From Geosiphon pyriformis uo1 (taxonomy: Eukaryota; Fungi; Glomeromycota), in contig JAAOMT010000129.1 of the NCBI GenBank assembly GCA_016748015.1, positions 62,001 through 126,000 of the forward strand: a stretch of 64,000 nt of DNA, read 5' to 3'. Positions 42,928 to 52,807 of the stretch are shown here, in pieces. The notes beneath the pieces were generated by a model that saw nothing but the letters and a program-made list of their open reading frames with translations, made no database searches and was not told where the DNA came from. How positions within the stretch are numbered: position 1 is the stretch's first letter; each line of letters starts with the position of its first letter. The translations under genes were made by a program, and so were the position numbers.

Positions 42928-43914
42928 TGTTACCAGACGAAATTAGAGATATCATTTAGCATAAAACTATCTCATAATTCCTATCATTAATTAGCATATA
43001 TTATCATTTCAAATTATCACTTATTATATTAGCAAAAAATGTCCGAAATTATCATTTAATTAATAACCCAAATTGTACACAACACAAATGTAACCTAATT
43101 GCAATGATTAATTATGCAATACCCCGAACTATGTAACATTCAAAAGTTCGCCAAAATTTATAGAAATTTGCTGAAATAATTGATAGTTCACTGAAATACC
43201 TAATAGTTCGCAGAAATAACTTGTAGTTCACTGAAATGTATCTTTAGTTCAGCGAAATTATAGAAAATAGCAAAGTTCAAGTTCATAGAATAGTGTTACG
43301 ACAAGTTGTATAAAAGAAGAGCTTCTCTCTTCGAGAAAATATATCTTATTTTAGATTTATCTCTTAAAAACTGTTCCTATATACACAAAAAGAAATAAAT
43401 ATCAAATAATTCGAAAAACCAAATTCTTTAATTATTGTACTTGGAAAATCCCCAAAACCCAACTAACATTTCGAAATTGATTAGTTACCAATTTCAGTAA
43501 ACTGTTAATGACTCCAGGCCTGGATAGAAAATGTTTTCCTTGATAAAATTCCTATTTTTTTTTACATTTCTTTTATATTCTTTTTTTTCTTTTATTATTA
43601 TAATCATTAGGGTAGCCTACAGACAAGATTTCTGTAGAAGAGTTGACTTTCACAGCAAAGTAACTACACATTTTTTAGTGAGCTTCCAGACGAGCAATTT
43701 CTGAGAAAGAGTTGACGTTTACTACAACATAACTACATAAAGTAACTGGCAAGGAATTGGTCATTCCACTTATAAGCCCAGCAGTTCAAATTATAAGAAA
43801 TAATTTGAAGATAAATTCAGTTACTGGAGGTTCAACCACATCCAGAAAACGTGAATTCACAGCAAATAAGTATCAACAACATTACAGAAAAGAGACCAAA
43901 AACCTCCGGTAACA
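42928..43914 (+). repeat. 5' LTR (family 1)
   Basis: TGTTA...TAACA termini, TATAAAA at 43309 and AATAAA at 43394. About 95.6% identical to 51821-52807 by manual alignment. Confidence 0.96.
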
Positions 43915-43916
43915 TT

Positions 43917-43930
43917 TGGTGCTCTCCCAC
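43917..43930 (+). promoter_or_regulatory. Primer-binding site TGGTGCTCTCCCAC (non-Met tRNA; Ile/Thr-type candidate)
   Basis: TGG lies 2 nt after the LTR end. The tRNA identity cannot be confirmed without the host tRNA set. Confidence 0.75.
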
Positions 43931-43959
43931 AGAAACAACACAGCAAAAACAACTTCAAA

Positions 43960-46900
43960 GTGGCGACCACACCAGACACAACAACTCTAGAGTATTACCA
44001 ATCAATTTACACCCACTGCAAGCAAAGATTCAACATTCCAGATGGAATTGAAGTTGTCAAGAAATCAGTATACCAATACATTGAAAACCGCATCAACAAT
44101 TATCTTTTTGGAAATTACAATATCTCAGAAGTTAGAAGCAACCTTTACAATAATTTAGCACACTATTCACAGTTGGGAACTGAAGACCTTAATAGTAAAA
44201 CACTTGCCACTTACTTTCACGAACTTAATTTTAACATTATCAAATACTGTGAAGAAACATATCCAAGTGCAGTCTCAATACACTATTGATTTTGAATTGG
44301 AAACAAAAACAAGCAACAAAGGCAAAAACAAATTAAAGCAATATTCAAGAACCACCCCAAATACTCCAACACTACTGAAAACAACTGCCAAACATTTACA
44401 AACACCTGAACAGGGAACCAGTTCAAAACTTCCACTTACTATCCCATCTTTTTTAGCTTCACTTGCACAAGCACAAACACCTAATTCACCCTTGAATCGA
44501 TTTGCAAGACCAGAAGATTTTACATCACTCAGAAGTCCTACCAGACAACAAGAACCCCTTCAAACTAGTTCCAATCTCCTTGATTTTCTAGCTGAAAATC
44601 AAAGTGAACACTCTGAGACAGCAGCAAACGAAGAAAACAACTCTGAAATAACTGAAGAAGAATCAATAGACAGTGAAAACAAAGAAGGTGAAATGACAAC
44701 ATACATCACAAAAATCCCTAAATTCAATGGAGAAGATATTGAGACCAGTCCCCAAGAATGGCTCGACCAAGTTACTAAAGCTGGAGATGCAAATGGATGG
44801 AACGCTGCCAGAATATTAAGAACAATTCCCTACTTTCTCAAAGGAACAGCAGGAGAATGGTTTGAAAACCTTGCCGCCCCATTCAATGATTGGAATGCTT
44901 TCAAAGCAGCCTTTCTTGAACAGTTCACCAACAATAATACCTCCATCACTCTTCGCAATCGTTTTCGAAATATCAAACAAGAACCCTCCGAATCTGTTAT
45001 GACTTATATTGGGAAATTCAACAAACTTCTCAGACGGATTCGCCAACTCGAGACAAACAATTATTATTCTGATGCTCAAATCTTGAATCAATTTATCGCT
45101 GGTCTAAAAAATAAACTAATTAAAAAAGTTCACCCACACGCACCAGAAGATTTAAACTCTGCCATACAGCATGCAAAAAGATACGAAATGGCCATAGAAG
45201 AAGCCAATCGCACAAAACTTGTAAATTTGGCAATTGGAGAAACCAGCTCAGCAGCTGAGGAAAAAATTGACCAACTCACAAAGAAGGTCAAAAACTATTT
45301 TACCAACCAACAACAACAACAACCCCAAAGATATCAACCACCCCAAAGACAAAATCAAAATAACTTTGCACCACTTTCCAATAACCAGCCCCAGAATTGC
45401 CATTACTGTGGAATCTCTGGCCATTGGAAAAGAGATTGCAGAAAGCTGCAATGAGACCAACAAAATAGGGGTAATCAACGTTACTCTCCACCACAGCAAT
45501 CTTATTATCAATCATCACCACCAGCTTACTATCTACCAAGACCCCAATACCAGAATAACTATTATCAGCCCGCCCCACAACCAATCCAACAGCAATACCA
45601 ACAACCACCCACCCAATATTATCAAGTACCTGCTCGAAGACTGATTACACAAAATCAATTTACACCACAAAACCGATACCAAGTAAACAACAGTAGAATC
45701 AGTTCGAACAACCAATTGGTTCTCCAAAATACCACTCAAACAAGACCCAACTATTACTATACTCAACCCAGTTATTTAACAATGCTGGAAGAACAGGATT
45801 TTCACCATACTGCACTCTCGGAAAGTAGAGCTGCAGCACAACAACAACAAAACCCTTCTCATAATCACACCACTATTCCACCAGCCCGAATTGCTGAAAA
45901 TGCCAATCTTTCTGATATCTTTCTTTTTGAATTTGAAGCAAATGAATCACCATTCTTGCTTAGCAATGCAGCGGCTAATGAGCAAAAAGCCATTACTGCA
46001 ATGTACACAGAAGCTGAAGTAAAAGGAAAGCCAATTCGCTTAATCCTAGACAGTGAATCTGCTAGAAGCGTTATTACCTACCAGTCAATGCAACAGTTAA
46101 AAAGAAATGTCGACTGACCAGCTCAAACAGTAATTGTCACTGCCGATGGCATGAAAAAGACCCCAGTAGGAGAAATTGACAATTTTCCATTCACTCTTGA
46201 TGGAATCACCATTCCAGTCAAAGTTCTTGTAATGGACGCACCCCAGTACCAAGCTCTTGTCGGAAATGATTGGCTTCAAAAAGCCAATGCTAATCTGAAT
46301 TGGGAAACACAAGAGTTAACAATCTCCTACCAAGGACAACACGCCCGGGTACCTGCCATTTGTGGTACATTCAACAAACGCTCTGAAAAAGCCCCAGCTT
46401 TTGAATTTGAACCAGAGGAAGAAAAACCAATAATTGAAACATTTATGGCTCTTGGATCAACGTCCAACTGGGCCGATGAAACAGAACAAGAACATTTTAC
46501 CTCACACACTAAACCCAAAACCTCTGGATGGAATATACCTTACTCAAAACCCGAACCAAGGAAACAACGCCCCTATATTCCTCTTAAATGTAAGGACTGT
46601 CACAAGAAACTATCATCAATGAGAGCCTGTATTTTGCCTGAAGAAGAATATGAAAATCATACTTGTTATTACTGCAAGGCTTGGCACAGAGAGCGATGGG
46701 GCCATCTAATAAAAAAGAGCAGAAAATGGGACAACACCCTTTGTTTGACTTGTGGAGATATGCTACCAGAAGAATGCAATTGGATTGATGTAGCAATAAA
46801 AGGAGGCATCTGCGATCAGACCTGCCAATATGCTTTATCAATTTCAGAAAAAGTAAAAAGAGGAACACCCTTTAATGCAGCATACAATAGTGCTCTCAAC

Positions 46901-49581
46901 AAACTTTATCACTACCCTCATGATGCCGAGATGATTTTCGACTTAGCAATGGCATTAATTAATGGAGCTACCAAAGAAGATGTTCGTCAAATGAAAGAAG
47001 CAGAATACATTGAATACACCATGGAATTAGCTGGATTCGATTATGAAAATAAAGTAGAAGTCTACCACCAAATTGCAAGTCACACCTACTCGATCCAAGA
47101 AGCTCAAATTTAACAATTAGAGCAAATGAACATTAGGCTATGTGAAGAATGCATTATGCCTTACAATGAACAATAGTGTTCTGAATGCTATGCTCTTAGT
47201 ATCCCCTTGCCCAGCAAAAATGATGAAAATGAAATTGAATTCAGAAAACCTGAAGAAACGGAAGAAATTGAAACAACACCTATCTACCTTATTGAAAATC
47301 AGCCTGCCTTACAACTTAAATACTTTAACAACAATGGACAAGGAATAAAATCCGAAAAAACACACGAAATGGATGCTGAATATGACCTAAGATATTCAGG
47401 CAAGGATACTCTTGTTCTCAAACCCAAATCTCTCACAAAAATTAACCTCAAAATTGCACTCGAAATCCCGCCAGGAGCAATGGTTCAAATCGCCTTCTGG
47501 TCCTTTCTGGCAAGCAAGAAAATTAATGTCAGAGAAAGAATAATCGATGCTGGATATACTGAAGACATAACAGTGATGCTTCAAAATGAAACTGACAAAC
47601 CATTCAAGATTAAACATGCTGAAAAAATTGCCCAAGCTATTTACCTACCCTTAATTAACATTTCGGGTTTGCAACTAGTCAATCAAAGAGAACAATTAGG
47701 AAAAAGCGATAAAGGAACCCAAAGTTTTGGTTCAACTAGATGATTCACAGTTCCAGTTAATATAGCTCTTAACACACAGAATGAATCCCACCAGATTCTC
47801 AGACTTCTACAACCGATTACTATCTCACCCTTTGGAAAACATCTAGAAATCTACACCTGCCCAAAGTCAACAACCACACAACAAATTTTTGAGTTCAATG
47901 AACAAGTCTGCTTGGAACATAATATTTCGATCCCAAACATTTATATTCCAGAAGGAACAAAGAAAGTCTGAGTTACTTTTTACAATCCCAATAATTACCC
48001 CATAATTTTATTAAATAATTTAGAAATTGGAGTTATTCACAGTAATATATTTCAACAAGAATTACCCCAAATAGTTCCCGATTTCTCTGAAATTATTGGA
48101 CATTTAATACCAAAAATCAACCCAAACTCTAGCTCTGAAAACTACCATGTTGTCATGGAAAAACTATCTCGAATCAACATAGGACAACTTGAACCACAAC
48201 AACAGACCCAGCTCAAAGAGCTAATTGCAGAATTTGCTGACATCTTTGCCAAAAACAACAATGACTTAGGAAGAACTAATTTGGTTCAACACCAAATCTA
48301 TACAGAAGATGCCAAACCAAGGCGACAACAAGCCTACTGAGTTGCCCCAGAAAGTCACCAATTTATCCGAGAAGAAGTACAATGAATGCTTAACAATAGG
48401 CTTATTCAACCATCAATGAGCCCATGGGCTTTATCTGTGGTCCTAGTTAAAAAAAAAATGGAAAAATACGATTTTGTGTTGATTACCGACAACTCAACAG
48501 TGTTACCATTAGGGATGCCTACCCTCTTCCCCAAATTGATGACATGTTGGATGCCCTTGGAAAGTCCAAATACTTTTCAACATTAGATTTAGAGAGTGGA
48601 TACTGACAAGTTGCTATAAATCCCAAAGACCACCCCAAAACAGCATTCACCATTCAAGGAGGAAATTCCGAGTTCAATGTAATGCCTTTCGGATTATGCA
48701 ATGCACCAGCAACATTCCAAAGACTCATGGATGTTGTTTACAAAGGCCTTCTTTGGAAATCAGTAGTAGTTTATCTTGATGACACTGATGTTTATTCACC
48801 ATCTTTCGAGCTACATTTAATTCACCTGTGAGAAGTTTTTCAATGATTACAGAAAGCAGAATTGAAATTGAACATTGAAAAATGCTACTTCAGAAAAACA
48901 AGTTTAGCTTTTCTTGGTCACATTGTTAGCAAAAATGGAATTAAACCAGACCCTGGAAAAATCAGTACTGTCAAAAACTTCAAGACTCCACAAAATATCA
49001 CAGAATTAAAAGGATTTATTGGATTAGCATCCTATTACCAAAAATTCATCAAAGAATTCTCAGAAATTGCAAAACCCCTCAACCAGCTCACTACTAAAAA
49101 TGTCGAATACAAATGGACAGAAGAACACCAAAATGCCTTCAAAATACTTAAGGAAAAACTTACAACAGCTCCAATCCTCGCCTACCTAGACTTCAATAAC
49201 CAATTCCAGTTAGCAACTGACACCTCTTATACTGCCTTTGGTGCCATCCTATCACAGTTAGATGACAATGGAAATAAGCGAGTAATTGCTTATGCTAATA
49301 GAACATTAAAGCCAGCCAAAAAGAACTACCCCACAACAGAATTAGAAACTGCAGCAGTAATCTGGGCCCTACATCACTTCAACCTTTACCTCAGACCCAA
49401 AGAATTTGATATTATCATTGATAATATTGGACTTAAATGGCTTCAAAACAAAAACACCCAGCTGAACGCAAAACAAACCCAATGGACAGGATTTTTAGCT
49501 AATTACCGATACATCATATACCACAAACCAGGAAAACTCCACACCAACATTGATTGTCTTTCAAGAATAAGACAAGATTAG
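43960..49581 (+). pseudogene. Gypsy gag-pol: N-terminal extension, capsid-like Gag, CCHC, Q/P/Y-rich tract, aspartic protease, Cys-rich domain, dUTPase, RT, RNase H
   Basis: IPKFNGE..PQEWL and IKQEPSESV..Y (first ATG at 44693), CHYCGISGHWKRDC, LILDSES (decayed DSG) and LVGNDWL. RT motifs FCVDYRQLN, VMPFGLCNAPATFQ and YLDD. RNase H motifs LATDTS and YPTTELE. One frame apart from indels near 44265 and 48455. Confidence 0.92.
47315..47740 (+). pseudogene. dut: dUTPase domain within Gypsy Pol, between protease and RT
   Basis: All five trimeric dUTPase motifs are recognisable though decayed: DAEYDL, (R)SFLA, IDAGYTEDI, KIAQAI and KGTQSFGST. Confidence 0.9.
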
Positions 49582-49630
49582 AAAACAAAACCAACACCCA
49601 TTTGAATTAACAGCATCAAAACAACAAACA

Positions 49631-51016
49631 ATGAACCCCGAAAACTACAACAATCTCAAACAATATTTGGAGACATTAACAATCCCAACAGATTAGTCCC
49701 CAGATGAAAAATATCAGTTACAACAACAAGCCAAACAATATTTTCTACACAACAACATTATCTATTATCGAAATTTCAAAAACCCAACCAAACCACTCAG
49801 ATTAATACAAGAACAGGAAAAAGAGACCATTTTATACAATATGCACTCAGATCCTTCATCAGCACACTTCGGAAAAGATAACACCACTCAAAGAACACTA
49901 GAATACTATTTTTGGCCTTGAATGAGAAAAGACATTCACAAATATGTCGAATCTTGTGATAGTTGTCAAAAAAGAGGAGAAACTTGCCCTACAGAACCTT
50001 TAAATCCAATCAAAGTTGGACAGCCTTTTGACAGAGTTAGTATCGATTTAGTTGGACCACTATCTATTACCACTCAAGGAAACCATTATATTGCAGTAGC
50101 TGTAGACTATCTTACTAAATGGCCTGAAGCCAGAGCCATTCAACGAGCAGATGCAAAATCAGTAGCAAATTTCATCTATGAAGACATCATTTGTAGACAT
50201 AGATGTCTAATTGAACTTTTATCCGATCAGGGAACACACTTTGTGAACAACCTGATACAAGAAATTTGTGAATGATTCAGTGTCAAAAGACCTCTGTTTT
50301 TGCCCTACCATCCACAAACAAATGGACTTATGGAATGTTTTAACAGAACATTGTGTGAATCATTAGCCAAAGTCTCAACCAATTTTGAGCAAGAATGGGA
50401 TCTCTTTATTCCATCAGTGTTACTAGCATATAGGACATTAAAACAAGATACCACGAAACACACACCATTTGATTTAACTTATGGAAGGATGGCAACATTA
50501 CCAATTAGTTTCACAGTAGAAACATACCCAGCACAACTGATTGATGAAAACAATTTACAAGAAACGCTTCAGCGAAGAGCCTACACTCTGCTTAGCACAT
50601 TGGAAGGAAAACGACGAATAGTAGCCACCCATATTAAACACTCCCAAGCTCAACAAAAAAAATGGCATGATGACAAATTGCCTTCAGTCACCAATAAATT
50701 CAAAATTGGAAACAAAGTTCTCTTACACAGAACTAAAGCTGAAAAACAATGAAGTGGAAAATTTGAAAATAAATGGGATGGACCATTCTTTATCTATGAA
50801 GTTTTAGGCAATGGATCATACAAGCTAAGACTTGATGACAAAATCCTAGCAAAAGTTGCACATAGAGATTGTTTGAAACACTATTATTCCAGAAACAATC
50901 CTGAATCATTAATTCCACAAATTGGTACACATTCCCCTTTGATCAGTCTTGAAGATATTCCCCGAAACGTAGAACCAATAGTTGTCATTGAACAACCTTC
51001 TAATCTGAACACTTAA
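49631..51016 (+). pseudogene. Gypsy integrase (HHCC, DDE core, GPF module, no chromodomain)
   Basis: H..AHFG...CDSC, SIDLVGP, SDQGTHF, PYHPQTNGLME and WDGPF. It has its own ATG at 49631. Confidence 0.92.
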
Positions 51017-51132
51017 TTTAATTTTACTAGTTATTCTCTTATAATTTAGAACAATTTCACAAAAACAAAACAAAAATAACATAAAAATCCATACACCAAA
51101 AATAAATTTTTATTTTTTTTCAAGTGCTTATA

Positions 51133-51852
51133 ATGACTATTCCTCAAAACATTTAACAATTATCCCAAAAACTAATGTTAGCTTTAAAAACAATACCCGA
51201 ATTATCCATTACTGTTATTGGAAACCACATAAATTATACCCAAACAGAAGTAGTTACAAATTTAGCCCCAAATTCATGAAAATATCATCCATATAAAAAG
51301 AACACAAGAAGTTATACTGGAATTTACCTGCTAGAACTGTTAAAGCTTGCTTTAAGAGAAAACCTAATGCTCACTCCGATTAGTATCCCACCAAATGCTA
51401 CAATTCAACAAAAACTTCAACTGTGTTTCAATGAAGAAAACACTGAATATTCTCCAATCTATAGATATTTTCACATTGGAAAAACACTCTACAAATGGAA
51501 ACTGGAACTTACAACAGCAAACCTCACAAAAGAAGCTATTCAGAAACAACTTCACAACGAATTCAAGACAACAGCTGGATCAACAAACAGTCGCTATAGG
51601 CTTAGAGCTGCTCTTAGACTTTATAACCTATTCCACACCTGTGAAAACATACTACAAAACCCAATTTTTCAACCTTTGAAGATTTAATACATTGGAAAGC
51701 TCACAGAACTGAAATTTCAACAATTTTCAAACCAAATTTCTTCAATAATTTTGGATTATTATCTGAAAATAATAGACAGTACTTGGACTTCGACAGAGCT
51801 CAGTCTTGAGGAGGAGGTTATGTTACCAGACAAAATTAGAGATATCATTTAG
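51133..51852 (+). pseudogene. Gypsy ORF3, ~240 codons, unknown function, in env position
   Basis: A single frame runs from ATG 51133 through the PPT to TAG 51850-51852 inside the 3' LTR. It is broken by three stops (TAA/TGA/TAA) consistent with C>T or G>A decay. Confidence 0.75.
51808..51817 (+). promoter_or_regulatory. Polypurine tract GAGGAGGAGG
   Basis: Lies 3 nt upstream of the 3' LTR TGTTA at 51821. Confidence 0.85.
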
Positions 51853-52807
51853 CATAAAACTATCTTATAATTCCTATCATTAATTAGCATATATTATCAT
51901 TTCAAATTATCACTTATTATATTAGCAAAAAATGTCCGAAATTATCATTTAATTAATAACCCAAATTGTATACAACACAAATGTAATCTAATTGTGATGA
52001 TCAATCATGCAATACCCCAAACTATGTAACATTCAAAAGTTCGCCAAAATTTATAGAAATTCACCGAAATAATTGATAGTTCACCAAAATACCTAATAGT
52101 TTGCAGAAATAACTTGTAGTTTGCCGAAATGTATCTTTAGTTCAGCAAAATTATAGAAAATAGCAAAGTTCAAGTTCATAGAATAGTGTTACGACAAGTT
52201 GTATAAAAGAAGAACTTCTCTTTTCGAGAAAATGTATCTTACTTTAGATTTATCTCTTAAAAACTGTTTCTATATACACAAAAAGAAATAAATATCAAAT
52301 AATTCGAAAAACCAAATTCTTTAATTATTGTACTTGGAAAATCCCCAAAACCCAACTAACATTTCGAAATTGATTAGCTACCAATTTCAGTAAACTGTTA
52401 GTGACTCCAGGCTTGAATAGAAAACGTTTTCCTTGATAAAATTCCTATTTTTTTTTACATTTCTTTTATATTCTTTTTTTTCTTTTATTATTATAATTAT
52501 TAGGGTAGCCTACAGACGAGATTCCTGTAGAAGAGTTGACTTTCACAGCAAAGTAACTACACATTTTTTAGTGAGCTTCCAGATGAGCAATTTCTGGGAA
52601 AGAGTTGACATTTACTACAACGTAACTACATAAAGTAACTGGCAAGGAATTGGCCATTTCACTTATAAGCCCAGCAGTTCAAATTATAGGAGATAATTTG
52701 AAGATAAATTCAGTTACTAGAAGTTCAACCACATCCAGAAAACGTGAATTCACAGCAAATAAGTATCAACAACATTACAGAAAAGAGACCAAAAACCTCC
52801 AGTAACA
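51821..52807 (+). repeat. 3' LTR (family 1)
   Basis: 987-bp direct repeat of 42928-43914. Confidence 0.96.

Larger units (their letters stand above)
42928..52807 (+). mobile_element. Full-length Ty3/Gypsy LTR retrotransposon (9.88 kb), non-chromovirus, with dUTPase and extra ORF; decayed
   Basis: Two 987-bp LTRs, perfect 4-bp TSD ACAG (42924-42927 and 52808-52811), PBS, PPT, and domain order gag-PR-RT-RH-IN. Confidence 0.97.

Noticed and set aside
43145-43258. CRISPR-like repeat-spacer array
   Set aside because: Units are ~12 bp with ~8-bp spacers, inside a eukaryotic LTR, with no cas genes.
43620-43740. ~69-bp degenerate tandem duplication in the LTR 3' part (CAGAC.AG..TTCTG..AAGAGTTGAC.TT..TAACTACA)
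   Set aside because: Real, but internal duplications are common in LTRs and I see no further evidence of function.
50880-51016. Chromodomain at the integrase C-terminus
   Set aside because: Only ~45 aa follow the GPF module and there is no Y.VKW.G-type motif.
51133-51852. env gene
   Set aside because: Too short, and there is no signal peptide, furin site or TM anchor.
52433-52633. Signal-peptide ORF inside the LTR
   Set aside because: Hydrophobicity comes from a T-rich tract, the start is TTG, and the 5' LTR copy has an internal stop.
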